64,000 bases of DNA from a phage. Each line of letters starts with the position of its first letter. Within the stretch, counting starts at the first letter, position 1. The DNA lies in sequence record PZ452578.1. One strand, 5' to 3'. Below, one piece after another: positions 20,126-29,989 of the stretch. The notes under the pieces are model-generated. The model ran no database searches. It was not told where the DNA came from and saw only the letters and a program-made list of their open reading frames with translations. Position numbers and translations under genes: made by a program.

Positions 20126-20335
20126 TTAATTTCGCAATTTATCAAGTTCTTCATAATCAATCCAGGATTCTAATCCTGATGGCAAATCAGATTCAATTTC
20201 CCAAAGAAGTTCTTCAATTTTATGAAGACGATCTAATTCTTCAGCTGGAATAGTAACCATTGATGGAGTTCTTGATACACTAATATCGTAAATCATATTT
20301 ACCCCAGTTTGACCATACAATCGCCGTATTTCCAC
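20126..20335 (-). CDS. hypothetical protein
   Basis: 69-aa ORF. Confidence 0.45.
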   Translation of the reverse strand: MEIRRLYGQTGVNMIYDISVSRTPSMVTIPAEELDRLHKIEELLWEIESDLPSGLESWIDYEELDKLRN

Positions 20336-20514
20336 TTAGAAATAGACTTTTCGCCATTAGAATAATAAACTTCAAGTTTAGCACGGTTATTTTTAATTTG
20401 AATAACCTTTGCTGTCATCAAAGTTCCATACCCATAATAAACTGCAACTTCATCACCTACATATACCGCGCTTCCGCGGTAGTCATGGATATAATCAGTT
20501 CCTTCAAGCATCAT
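20299..20514 (-). CDS. hypothetical protein
   Basis: 71-aa ORF immediately downstream of nrdC. Confidence 0.45.
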   Translation of the reverse strand: MMLEGTDYIHDYRGSAVYVGDEVAVYYGYGTLMTAKVIQIKNNRAKLEVYYSNGEKSISKWKYGDCMVKLG

Positions 20515-20774
20515 TTAAAGTATTCCCGCAATTGGTCAAATCCACCAATATGACTTCCATCAGGAGCAAATACCTGAGGCATTGTCAAGCCGATTTGAGT
20601 ATCACGACCTAGTTTAGTCAGAAGCTCAGCGATTTTCTCATCATCAAAAACACCTTTTTCCGGCATAATGTTGATAAATTCAAACGGCTGTTTCTTCACG
20701 GTCAAAAGACGTTTTGCATTATCACAATACACGCATTTATGAATGTTGCTATCATAACCATATACTTTAAACAT
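20511..20774 (-). CDS. nrdC: thioredoxin/glutaredoxin NrdC
   Basis: 87 aa with CVYC active-site motif; size as in T4 NrdC. Confidence 0.85.
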   Translation of the reverse strand: MFKVYGYDSNIHKCVYCDNAKRLLTVKKQPFEFINIMPEKGVFDDEKIAELLTKLGRDTQIGLTMPQVFAPDGSHIGGFDQLREYFK

Positions 20775-20775
20775 A

Positions 20776-21033
20776 TTATTCCTTAATTCCTAGTACTTGT
20801 TTAAAAGTCTCGTCGTAATCAAGACTTTGGCCCGTTTGTTCTTTATATTTGTATATAATATCACTTACTTCTGATAGCATATTTTTATATGAACGAGTTA
20901 AAGCTGATTTAAGCACGCTGTATCTATCAGGAAATTTACCATGTTCATTATAATACGCTATTGCTAATTCACGGACTGCCTTTTCAGCAGTCTCCATATA
21001 TTCTTTACGCTTGGTCATTTTCTTCTCGGTCAA
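20776..21033 (-). CDS. hypothetical protein
   Basis: 85-aa ORF. Confidence 0.5.
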   Translation of the reverse strand: MTEKKMTKRKEYMETAEKAVRELAIAYYNEHGKFPDRYSVLKSALTRSYKNMLSEVSDIIYKYKEQTGQSLDYDETFKQVLGIKE

Positions 21034-21319
21034 ATCGGTGTTTACAATGGCGACATTTATAACGAAGATTATTAGTCTGCCAATGGACTAATTGCACCTG
21101 TTCAGTTCCACACTCAGGGCAATTAGGAACGTTTTTAGAAGCCCTTTCGCGACGTTCAACCATGACCATTACAGAATCCCAATTAATAGGGCTGCTATAA
21201 TCATCACAACCATAAATCTTTCCACGCATTTCCAGATCGTCTTCTTCACCAGCCATAATAATTTTAATTAGACTAGAATTACTTGAAGCTGCAATATCTT
21301 CTAATAAACGCTTTTTCAT
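21005..21319 (-). CDS. hypothetical zinc-ribbon protein
   Basis: 104 aa with CPECG...CRHCKH. Confidence 0.5.
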   Translation of the reverse strand: MKKRLLEDIAASSNSSLIKIIMAGEEDDLEMRGKIYGCDDYSSPINWDSVMVMVERRERASKNVPNCPECGTEQVQLVHWQTNNLRYKCRHCKHRFDREENDQA

Positions 21320-22245
21320 TTCAGTACCTCAATAGCATTACGTAAACCATTTGCTTTTGCATTAAGAGCTTTTAACAATTTGGTGTGTTCTGCAATTTGG
21401 GCTTCAACTTCAATCAAACGAGCATTGAGATATTCGCGTTCTTCGCTCAAGTTATCAACCTTTTCTACTTTAGGCTCTTTTACAACTGTCTTATATGTAT
21501 TAGGGTTCTTCAGTTTAATTAGAATGCGTGAACTGTATAACATTGAACCATTATCTTCGGTTTCGTCATACATTTCTACTACGTCCATAATTTCTAACAT
21601 CACGCGAAGTTTATAAGACAACGAACGAATAGTTTTGTTGTGCTTATTAATTTCTTTAGCTGTCATGGTGCCGAGATTACGTGAGTAATAATAAGGAACC
21701 TGGATATTAATTAATACTGATGAACCACCTGGCTTGTGTGTTACTTCATCAGCAATAACCCAGTCCTTAACGTGAACTGTATTTGTACGGTCATCGCCCG
21801 CGGTAAATAGTTTGCGAGCATGCTTAAAAAGCATATTCACTTGGTCATTGAATTGACAAGCAAATTTATCAGCAAATTTGGTTTCAGGAATGGTAGAAAA
21901 CCAATTAGCCAAATGAGTCTTTTTAACATCATTAACAATAGTAAATTCAACCAAATCGGTTATAGATGTCTCAGATTTAATGAAGCTCGGCTTCATAAAG
22001 TTTTTAATGTTCTCATGAGCTACAGTAGAAGATAACATACGAGAACGTTTAAACCATTCAAGCAAATTGCCTAACGAATGAGAATAAGCGTTTTGAGTAT
22101 CTTTACAGATATGATTTTCCTGGCCAACATATTGAAGGAAATCACGAAGAATATTATTGATTACTGCTCTGTGTCCTATCTGATAATTACGATGTTTAGT
22201 AATAAGACTATCAAAATAATCAATATAATGTTTACGAGTTTTCAT
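21316..22245 (-). CDS. hypothetical protein, paralog family member with C-terminal coiled coil
   Basis: 309 aa; shares short blocks (F..K.L..AS.L; MDVV) with ORFs 22300-23301 and 23359-24378. Confidence 0.65.
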   Translation of the reverse strand: MKTRKHYIDYFDSLITKHRNYQIGHRAVINNILRDFLQYVGQENHICKDTQNAYSHSLGNLLEWFKRSRMLSSTVAHENIKNFMKPSFIKSETSITDLVEFTIVNDVKKTHLANWFSTIPETKFADKFACQFNDQVNMLFKHARKLFTAGDDRTNTVHVKDWVIADEVTHKPGGSSVLINIQVPYYYSRNLGTMTAKEINKHNKTIRSLSYKLRVMLEIMDVVEMYDETEDNGSMLYSSRILIKLKNPNTYKTVVKEPKVEKVDNLSEEREYLNARLIEVEAQIAEHTKLLKALNAKANGLRNAIEVLK

Positions 22246-22299
22246 GTTCTTCTCACTTGGTTAATGATTTATGCTCCGAGCCATCCTTGGCTTTAAATT

Positions 22300-23301
22300 T
22301 TACTTAATTAACTGTAAAGCTTGTTCTAGACGATCAAGACGATTAACAGATTCTTCCCAAATCCTTTTAGCCTGCTCATATTCTTTGTGCGCTTTATTAG
22401 AAATTTCTAGAACTTCTTTATAAGCTTTTTCTAGTGCAATAACTTCTGGACGAATTTCTATCGGTTCAGGTGAATCGTCAAGACATTCCATTAGTTCCTC
22501 AAGGGTAGTTTCTTCTTTAGGAGTATTCACAATTTCATCACATTTTTGTTGATAAATTTCTTTATCAGTAGGTGAGTACGCGCACTTTACTTCACGAAGA
22601 CTAATTACAATTTTATATCCTTCCCAGCCGCATATATTCTTAAAAGGATATGTATGAATATTTTCTACTGTTTCCATACAAAGTAATGCGGTCTCTAATT
22701 GACGAGTTATAGTGCTAGCAATTGAGAAAAATTTATTAATATTCTTTTGGTTAGTTTCTGGTGTAAAAAATCTGTAATTAATAAAAATAGCTACTTTGTT
22801 TTTATCAAGCTCATATTCTTCTGCTATAATCATATCATCAGCTAAGGGATGAATTTGACGATAATCGCCATAACATAATTTAGAAGCTGATTTTAGAATT
22901 TGCTTCGTAAAACTCCTAAATTCACTAACCCAACGACGAGTAAAAATATTCTCAGGGTCTTCTTTAGTATTAAGATGATAAGTATTAACATCACCGAACC
23001 AATTGTATCCTACTACATCTTTGGTTCGTTTAATTTCTTTCCCAAATTTACCAAGAATATCTTGATTAACTAAATATGAAAGAAGACGAGACCCTTTAAA
23101 GGTTTCCTTAATATCATCTTTATCTGCACGACTAGAAATTTTATGAACTTCATGAATAAATTTGCTGGAAGAAACAATACTTGCATCAGTATTATTGAGC
23201 CATTGATTGATAATGGAAATAACGCTATTCTGACTAGACATAGGTTTAACTTTATCATCAATAACGCTATTGAATGATTTGATATATTCGTTACGAGTCA
23301 T
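22300..23301 (-). CDS. hypothetical protein, paralog family member with C-terminal coiled coil
   Basis: Start set at MTRNEY because the early promoter at 23329-23359 lies upstream of it. Confidence 0.65.
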   Translation of the reverse strand: MTRNEYIKSFNSVIDDKVKPMSSQNSVISIINQWLNNTDASIVSSSKFIHEVHKISSRADKDDIKETFKGSRLLSYLVNQDILGKFGKEIKRTKDVVGYNWFGDVNTYHLNTKEDPENIFTRRWVSEFRSFTKQILKSASKLCYGDYRQIHPLADDMIIAEEYELDKNKVAIFINYRFFTPETNQKNINKFFSIASTITRQLETALLCMETVENIHTYPFKNICGWEGYKIVISLREVKCAYSPTDKEIYQQKCDEIVNTPKEETTLEELMECLDDSPEPIEIRPEVIALEKAYKEVLEISNKAHKEYEQAKRIWEESVNRLDRLEQALQLIK

Positions 23302-23328
23302 ATTAATCTCCTCAGTAGAAAGTAAGAA

Positions 23329-23359
23329 CATTATACCACATCCTTGTGGCGAAGTAAAC
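23329..23359 (-). promoter_or_regulatory. phage early promoter
   Basis: Minus strand: GTTTAC (-35), spacer, TGgTATAAT (-10). Confidence 0.6.
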
Positions 23360-24378
23360 TAGTTTAGTGCATTTAGTGCATTGTTCAGTTTAGAACGTTG
23401 CTTCGTGAGATTTTTGACTTTTTCTTGAGCTTTTTCTAGCATCTTTTCAGCTTCTAGCACTTCATTAGTTGCTTTGACGAGTTCATCATCTACTGCCTTG
23501 ATAGACTTCTCAATCGCATCCGCGTGCCATTTTTCAACAGGTTTAAGACTCGGATTTTCAACAGGAAGAAAATTCACTTTATTGAATTTCCATGCATCTT
23601 TATTACCTGAACTATACATCCAAAATTTAGGATCGTTTGATGAGTAATTAGATAAATTTAAGTTATCTTGCACTTCTTGCTTTTTCTCTTGCGGGACTTC
23701 GTCCTTTCTCAAAAAATCGTATTTAAATGAAACGATCATATCAAGTTCATATGTTGTTGTATGTTCCCAATTTCGCTCAAAACGAGGTAAAATCTTAGAA
23801 TGAACTGCAGCAACAACATCCATATACTTAAATGCTTCTGTCAACTGCGATTTAAGGCATTCGCAAATTGAAAGAGAATTTTTTGTATTAGGTTTAAAGC
23901 TAATTCGTGCAGTTCTATTATTTTCTTTTAATGGTCTTACTTCCATCTGAAGAGTATAACCATCAAATTTCAAGTTCTTTAAGTTAATGTCAGAACCTTT
24001 TAATCGACTAGCCGTCGACAAAATTTGCTTTAATTGTTTACGGAATAGAGCAATAAATCTCCATTCAATACGATAATGATTTGGATTGAAAAATCCAGAT
24101 GATAAATCGACCTTACTCTGACCAACACCTTGAACAAATAGAGGATTTTTATAATCAATAGTTTTACAGAAATCGGTGAGCTGCTCACGAGCAGTCATTT
24201 GTGTAATATACCCCGCTTTACTAAAATGACGTAATAATTCACTGCTATTTAGATATTTAAAGTGAATAGCACGATTAACTTTATCAGGGTCTAAATTATT
24301 TTCACACAAAAATGTCATAACATTACGAGTATCGCTGCCAGTACGAACCATATCTTCAATTTGAGAACGAGTTTTCAT
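23359..24378 (-). CDS. hypothetical protein, paralog family member with C-terminal coiled coil
   Basis: 339-aa ORF. Confidence 0.65.
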   Translation of the reverse strand: MKTRSQIEDMVRTGSDTRNVMTFLCENNLDPDKVNRAIHFKYLNSSELLRHFSKAGYITQMTAREQLTDFCKTIDYKNPLFVQGVGQSKVDLSSGFFNPNHYRIEWRFIALFRKQLKQILSTASRLKGSDINLKNLKFDGYTLQMEVRPLKENNRTARISFKPNTKNSLSICECLKSQLTEAFKYMDVVAAVHSKILPRFERNWEHTTTYELDMIVSFKYDFLRKDEVPQEKKQEVQDNLNLSNYSSNDPKFWMYSSGNKDAWKFNKVNFLPVENPSLKPVEKWHADAIEKSIKAVDDELVKATNEVLEAEKMLEKAQEKVKNLTKQRSKLNNALNALN

Positions 24379-24386
24379 GGTGTTCC

Positions 24387-25301
24387 TTAAGATTTAAGTA
24401 AATCAACAATTTTAATTAACTTTTCACGCTCAGATTTAGCTTTACTACTCAGTCCAGATAGTCTGAAAATTTCATCATCATATTGTTGAATAGAAATATT
24501 CAGCTCTTCAATCTGTTTATTAAAATAATCAATTTGTTCAGAATGTTTTTCGTTACTACGAAATGGTACAGGTTTTGTAGGCAATTTAGTTGAATTGGAT
24601 TCATCCGGGCGATAAATTAAAATACAACTTGAACCAATCGGACATTTAGCACCAGATGAATATTCTAACGTTCCAGCTTCTTTTAAAACTTCAAAAGCTA
24701 AACAGAGATGATGCCCCATATTGACATAATCTGTAGAGTGAGCTCTGACATAATAATCATCTCCACGAGTACTAAATTTAAAGCATTTAAGGTCTTCTGT
24801 ATTATTAGTTTTAAAAATCATTTGTTTATCTAGACCTTTAGCTAATCGAGCGCCTAATGCTAATAATCGTCGTTGATTTTCCCACAAATCCGCAATCATT
24901 TGGTCAAATGATAATTTTGGCATTAGTCGACCATAAAGGTCATATCCTTTATTATAATTACGAAGGATTTCACTCGCGTTAATACGAGACAACGCTCCAA
25001 TTTTATTAAGGGCTTTCATAATACGATTAGATAAACTCATTCCAGACCCGTTTGTTCGCCGTAAATGTTTTTCTAATCCAAATCCAATATCAACTTTAAA
25101 TTTATCTAAAATTTCAGCATGAACATCTCTGTCAATAACATTCAAATCCAAAGTTGGGTTAAATCTATGAAAAAATTTATCTGGCTCTCCACGACGAAGT
25201 ACAGTCCATTCATTCATCATTTTTTTATTAACTAAAGATTTAATTACTGCATTGACATTATTAATTGCTACTGACATATTTTCCTCACTCAATTTTACCA
25301 A
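24387..25301 (-). CDS. hypothetical protein with C-terminal coiled coil
   Basis: 304-aa ORF. Confidence 0.65.
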   Translation of the reverse strand: MVKLSEENMSVAINNVNAVIKSLVNKKMMNEWTVLRRGEPDKFFHRFNPTLDLNVIDRDVHAEILDKFKVDIGFGLEKHLRRTNGSGMSLSNRIMKALNKIGALSRINASEILRNYNKGYDLYGRLMPKLSFDQMIADLWENQRRLLALGARLAKGLDKQMIFKTNNTEDLKCFKFSTRGDDYYVRAHSTDYVNMGHHLCLAFEVLKEAGTLEYSSGAKCPIGSSCILIYRPDESNSTKLPTKPVPFRSNEKHSEQIDYFNKQIEELNISIQQYDDEIFRLSGLSSKAKSEREKLIKIVDLLKS

Positions 25302-25686
25302 TTACGCGGAATAAGATTGAACAGACTATATAAGTACCACATATAGATTGAACTAATGCCATTCCAAAGAACCAAACAATATTATCAAACAGTGTCTGTT
25401 TTACGTCGAAAGGACGTAAACTTACAATAATATTATCACCTTTTTCTATTGAAGAATACATCTCTGGGGAAATATATTCACTAAATCTATAACCGTCTTT
25501 GAGTTCATATACGGCAATAAACGATAAACTAGACCCCTTTCCTTGTGTTCCTGTAATAGTATTAACTACAGTAACATCATAATCTTTATAATGCATATAA
25601 TCATTAATTGCGTAATAACCATATGCAACTACTACACATAAACAGCATATCAATAAATTCAATCTTTTAATTATCAACTGTTTCAT
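25285..25686 (-). CDS. hypothetical membrane protein
   Basis: 133 aa with N- and C-terminal hydrophobic segments. Confidence 0.55.
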   Translation of the reverse strand: MKQLIIKRLNLLICCLCVVVAYGYYAINDYMHYKDYDVTVVNTITGTQGKGSSLSFIAVYELKDGYRFSEYISPEMYSSIEKGDNIIVSLRPFDVKQTLFDNIVWFFGMALVQSICGTYIVCSILFRVIGKIE

Positions 25687-25741
25687 AATAATCTCAATTA
25701 AAAGGGCTTAGAACCATTATACCATCCTTGGTATAAAGCGG

Positions 25742-26269
25742 TTATGCGAGTACCGTCTTTAACCGTTCTTCAAACTTCCGAAGAGTATTCTGGCGTTCAG
25801 CTCTTTGCTTTTTGTAAGTTTCAATACGCTCTGAAATGAGAGTGTATCGTTCATTTACTGATTCTTTCATAAAATCAGGAATTTCACGAGAAGCTTTAAT
25901 CTCGTCAAATTTATCAATAACAGCTTGCTCTTCAGCAATTAAGTTATCATACATCAAAATATCTTTCTTGATGAACTCAATATCTTCTTGAGTTACACGA
26001 GATAACTTAGATGCTTTATCCTTTTTGTACTGTTCGTTAGTATCACGAGACCAGTGTAATGCACGATTTTTATTCGTATTTTTGTAAATTTCTACAATAC
26101 CAATCTCATCAATAATAACGATCCAATTCCAACGGGATTTGTAAATCTGCCCTCCATCAACCGTAATTTCACCTCCGATTGAGATGTCATTAAAGAACTT
26201 GCTTTGTGCTTCTGATTTAAATTTACCATCGTTGTAATTTACCAGGTTGAAAATATCTTTAGCGTTCAT
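25742..26269 (-). CDS. hypothetical protein
   Basis: Start set at MNAKDIF, downstream of the PeSL promoter. Confidence 0.6.
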   Translation of the reverse strand: MNAKDIFNLVNYNDGKFKSEAQSKFFNDISIGGEITVDGGQIYKSRWNWIVIIDEIGIVEIYKNTNKNRALHWSRDTNEQYKKDKASKLSRVTQEDIEFIKKDILMYDNLIAEEQAVIDKFDEIKASREIPDFMKESVNERYTLISERIETYKKQRAERQNTLRKFEERLKTVLA

Positions 26270-26295
26270 TTTGTGTTCCTCCGTAGTTGATAGTT

Positions 26296-26326
26296 GTATA
26301 GTACCACAGAGGAACGGTCTTGTAAA
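26296..26326 (-). promoter_or_regulatory. phage early promoter, PeSL-like repeat copy
   Basis: Same element as at 33-66: GTTTAC, spacer, TGgTACTATACAACTATCAACTAC. Confidence 0.6.
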
Positions 26327-26329
26327 CAA

Positions 26330-26644
26330 CTAAAAGAAACTTCTTTCACAATTTTTTCCACTGAACCAAGCGCTCACTGCTTTCTTAGTCTCAGGAGCAG
26401 TGTTATCCATAAACCATTCAAAGGCAGCCTTTTTATGATTCTGGAGGGCTTCTCGGGCTTTAATCTGCTCACGGTCTATTAACACTAACATATGAGCCTT
26501 TCTTGTCACCATGGGCTTCTTATGATTTTTTGAATACTCCCAATCATTTGTCCATCGCATCGTTGTTGCGAATTGAAGTACAGCTTCTTTAATTTTAGTT
26601 TCGTAAATTTCACGAGCCTTTGAGTATAACATCATTACCTCCAT
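26330..26644 (-). CDS. hypothetical protein
   Basis: 104-aa ORF whose 3' end overlaps the downstream promoter repeat. Confidence 0.5.
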   Translation of the reverse strand: MEVMMLYSKAREIYETKIKEAVLQFATTMRWTNDWEYSKNHKKPMVTRKAHMLVLIDREQIKAREALQNHKKAAFEWFMDNTAPETKKAVSAWFSGKNCERSFF

Positions 26645-26714
26645 TTACCAGTTTAATTCTAGTCATCTTTTTAATGGCAGTCCATATAATCTATTTCTGA
26701 ACTGCCTTTTTGTC

Positions 26715-27434
26715 TTACGATTCTTCTAAATGTCTTTTCTGAAAAGTTGATACCATACTACGATAAGGTTCATTTGGATACCCGTGTTTTATAGCTTCCT
26801 TTGTAAATTTTCTCCATCCGTATTTAGTTTCTTTCCAAAGCTCGAATAATTCATCTTCATACTGCCATATAGTTAAATGAGAACGCTTTGCAGCTTTAAT
26901 TCCATTAATGTGCTTTTCTTTTACTGTAGGATTGCTTAGTGTCTTTTTAATAATATTACTAACTTTTCTAACAAAAGCTGGGTCCTTATATCGTTGTGAA
27001 GTTTTTATTGAAGTGTTTAATTTAGCTTCCGGCGTGGATGTGACCTCTTTCATCTTTTTCTTCATATGCTCTATATGATTAGGATTTTTCCATAAATTTA
27101 TAGAATGCTTTTTACATTTTATCCTAGTTTCATCTGCAACCTTTCCTCCTTCACCCCCATATGACAGGTTAACGCAGTTTTTTCCATATTTCAATTTACC
27201 TGCCATGATATATAATATTTCGGCTTGTACCATTTTATCATAATTATCAAAAACTTCTAAAACCGTTTTTGATAATATATGGTCATTTGACACTTTTACA
27301 CGTTCTATATAATTTCCACTACCAACATACGAATCATTGATGTTATTAGTTATATGTCGACCATAATAGTATTTCTTAATACCTGTCTTTAAATTTAATA
27401 TTTCAGTTTTATAGATAGTAAAATATTTTTTCAT
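26715..27434 (-). CDS. hypothetical protein, possible degenerate GIY-YIG-like nuclease module
   Basis: 239 aa; N-terminal FTIYKTEILNLKTGIKKYYYGRH resembles GIY-x-YIG-R; basic C-terminal half. Weak assignment. Confidence 0.4.
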   Translation of the reverse strand: MKKYFTIYKTEILNLKTGIKKYYYGRHITNNINDSYVGSGNYIERVKVSNDHILSKTVLEVFDNYDKMVQAEILYIMAGKLKYGKNCVNLSYGGEGGKVADETRIKCKKHSINLWKNPNHIEHMKKKMKEVTSTPEAKLNTSIKTSQRYKDPAFVRKVSNIIKKTLSNPTVKEKHINGIKAAKRSHLTIWQYEDELFELWKETKYGWRKFTKEAIKHGYPNEPYRSMVSTFQKRHLEES

Positions 27435-28399
27435 TTTAATAATACCGTTTCAGCGATTTCTTCCCAACCGTTTTTGTCGGTCATAATAAAGTCAGCAAGA
27501 TAAAGAGCAGTACGCAGTGAAACATTACGTAAACGATTAACATTGACTTTCATCCATGATAATGCTTTATAAGTTTCTTCATCAGAAAGACCGCGTTTTT
27601 GCATCATGTCAGTTGAAAGAATAACATCTTCAACCCTGACCATAATTTCTTCATTAGTGTGAACACCCAAATCTAAATAAACTGAGCGGGACACTAATGC
27701 TTGTAAATGTGGAGCAAGTTTAGTACCACGGTCTAATTCACGGTCAATGTCAACGTTTGTGATAAAAACAATTGTTCCTTTAAATTCAAACTCACGGTCA
27801 ATGCCTTTTTCTTCTAAGTAAGAAGATGCAGTGCTCCAGCAGACTTTACGGGTCTCTCCAGTGTCCAGAGCAGCTTTCAGAAGATTAAGAATGTCCATAT
27901 CAGAGAAAACATCCACATCATCAATCAAAAGGACAGAATTCTCTTCACGATTATTCCAAAGCTGTTCATAAAGACCGATACCAGAGATTTTACCATTAAT
28001 GCTTTTATACTCAATGTATCCAATATCATTTGCTTTATTTAAAGCTTTATCTAAAGAATACGTTTTACCAATGCCTGCCGCACCAGAGATAATTAATGAA
28101 CGAATGTTTCCGTTAATAATACCATTCGTCATCATTCCCATAACATTAAATCTTTTATTAATGCGGGTTTTCATATCTTCATATGATTCTTTAACTTCTT
28201 CAACTTTTACACCATCATATGAAATGTCTGATTTGTAAACCCAAACACCGCGACGCTTACCGTCAATTTCAACAAAAACTTTACCATCTCCTTGTGCATC
28301 TACCGGAGCATTATCAGGGAACCACTCACCTAAGAGTTCAAAAGTTCCAGAGATTTCTTTACCGAAGTAGATACCCTTATTGATAGTTACAGTTTTCAT
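27431..28399 (-). CDS. P-loop NTPase (AAA-like ATPase)
   Basis: 323 aa from MKTVTINKG; Walker A GAAGIGKT, Walker B VLLIDDVD. Confidence 0.7.
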   Translation of the reverse strand: MKTVTINKGIYFGKEISGTFELLGEWFPDNAPVDAQGDGKVFVEIDGKRRGVWVYKSDISYDGVKVEEVKESYEDMKTRINKRFNVMGMMTNGIINGNIRSLIISGAAGIGKTYSLDKALNKANDIGYIEYKSINGKISGIGLYEQLWNNREENSVLLIDDVDVFSDMDILNLLKAALDTGETRKVCWSTASSYLEEKGIDREFEFKGTIVFITNVDIDRELDRGTKLAPHLQALVSRSVYLDLGVHTNEEIMVRVEDVILSTDMMQKRGLSDEETYKALSWMKVNVNRLRNVSLRTALYLADFIMTDKNGWEEIAETVLLK

Positions 28400-28432
28400 T
28401 TTATTCTCCAAATCTGTATCAGTAGTTGATAG

Positions 28433-28466
28433 TTGTATAGTACCATAAAGCTTTATGCTTGTAAAC
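28433..28466 (-). promoter_or_regulatory. phage early promoter, PeSL-like repeat copy
   Basis: GTTTAC (-35), spacer, TGgTACTATACAACTATCAACTAC (-10 region); A-rich upstream element. Confidence 0.6.
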
Positions 28467-28495
28467 AGTTTTGTGAAAAAATTTTGAAATAAAAA

Positions 28496-28513
28496 GGGAG
28501 CCCGAAGGCTCCC
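28496..28513 (-). terminator. intrinsic terminator hairpin
   Basis: GGGAGCC-UUCG-GGCUCCC plus U-tract on the minus-strand transcript, directly after the stop of ORF 28516..29529 and before the promoter. Confidence 0.55.
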
Positions 28514-28515
28514 TA

Positions 28516-29529
28516 TCATTTATAATAACTTCGGTGGTTTTCAAGATAGACCTTCTCAAGGAAGTCATCCCAGAAACTCATGTCTACTTTTTGCTGCATA
28601 CCGTTCTTAGAAGCTTCAGTAGATGCTGCTTCTACTTGATCGACCACATCTTCCAAAAACTCTTGAACCGTTTTAAATGGATGTTTACCCAACTTCACGT
28701 CGAGAATAAATGGAGCATCTTGGAGTGGATAAACCAAGTCACCAGTTTTGTAAATTTCCAACAGTTGGAGTCCACCACGGCAAGCATGACTCAGAGCTTT
28801 CCAGTCAATACCTTCATTGGCTTCGGCCTTACGAGCACGTTCACCATATTCAGCATCTAATTTGTTCAGTGACTGCTTAAGCTCAATAAGAGAAAGCGTT
28901 GTCTGATATTTACGACCCAACACTGTATAAAACGTTTGTGGGCCGGTTTTCTCATGATTATGGAACACCCATTCACAGAATTCATTCTTTGGAAGACGAT
29001 GCTTAATATCTTCAACTTTAGTACGACGCTGCTTAATAGAACCATCTTCTTGGTAATCAACCCATTGCTCAGGGATTTGATTAACTACTTTCAATACATC
29101 ACGTAATGCAGCCAAACGAGAACCTTTGACACCGTATTTAGAAGCTTGCTTGCGGACATATCCTAAATATGATTTCATATTAGTCGTATAAAAACGAGAA
29201 CGGTTGTCTTGAATAAACTTCCACACATCAGGTAAATCAGATTTAACCACTAGTTCAGGTGGAGTATGAAGCATATCTAATGCTACAGTTTCACCATCTG
29301 CTGCTAATTTAAAGAAATATTTAAGACTGTATAGTTCATGGTCAATATCATCTTTAGTGTTTTTAGATGATGTGTTGTTAGTGTTTTTACTCATGTGCTC
29401 TTTAACATTTCCAATAAGAATATCACGAGCAGGAGGAACAAAGATTTCTTTAAAATCTACATCAGATTCTGGAGTAGAAGTTCCATAAAGATGACTACCA
29501 AAATAGCTTTTCATTACTGTTTTCATCAT
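28516..29529 (-). CDS. nucleotidyltransferase-fold protein (pol-beta superfamily)
   Basis: 337 aa; N-terminal YFGSHLYGTSTPESDVDF matches the hG[GS]x9-13Dh[DE]h motif of minimal/OAS/CD-NTase-type nucleotidyltransferases; helical C-terminal domain. Confidence 0.65.
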   Translation of the reverse strand: MMKTVMKSYFGSHLYGTSTPESDVDFKEIFVPPARDILIGNVKEHMSKNTNNTSSKNTKDDIDHELYSLKYFFKLAADGETVALDMLHTPPELVVKSDLPDVWKFIQDNRSRFYTTNMKSYLGYVRKQASKYGVKGSRLAALRDVLKVVNQIPEQWVDYQEDGSIKQRRTKVEDIKHRLPKNEFCEWVFHNHEKTGPQTFYTVLGRKYQTTLSLIELKQSLNKLDAEYGERARKAEANEGIDWKALSHACRGGLQLLEIYKTGDLVYPLQDAPFILDVKLGKHPFKTVQEFLEDVVDQVEAASTEASKNGMQQKVDMSFWDDFLEKVYLENHRSYYK

Positions 29530-29987
29530 TCAGCCTTATATTCAATAACAGGACATACTTTAGCTTTACGAGCTTTTAAAAATTCAACGATAACCGATTT
29601 CTTGGGTTGAATAGGAGGTAAACCTTTATACGCCCTATCAATATTTTCTACGTGTAAAGCATAATCCTTTTTCCATTTATAATCTTTATATTTTTCACGC
29701 AAATGTGCAGGAATAACAAATGAACCGATAATAAGTAAAACAACCAAAAGCGCAAGTATAAATGCTGATGGAAGCAAAGTCCATAAACTACCAAAAATAA
29801 TCCAACGCTGTAGGCTTTCTGCACAAATAATTGTTAGCCCTACGAGTATAGCACATCCAAAAATAGAAACGAAAAATGTAGGAATGGCAATAGACCAAAA
29901 ATATGCGCATAGTGTCTTAGGTCGTTGCCATTCATCGTTAAACAATTTGAATAATTTATAGTGCCAAGAGTTTTCATTAATAATCAT
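29526..29987 (-). CDS. hypothetical membrane protein
   Basis: 153 aa with at least two hydrophobic helices. Confidence 0.6.
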   Translation of the reverse strand: MIINENSWHYKLFKLFNDEWQRPKTLCAYFWSIAIPTFFVSIFGCAILVGLTIICAESLQRWIIFGSLWTLLPSAFILALLVVLLIIGSFVIPAHLREKYKDYKWKKDYALHVENIDRAYKGLPPIQPKKSVIVEFLKARKAKVCPVIEYKAE

Positions 29988-29989
29988 AA

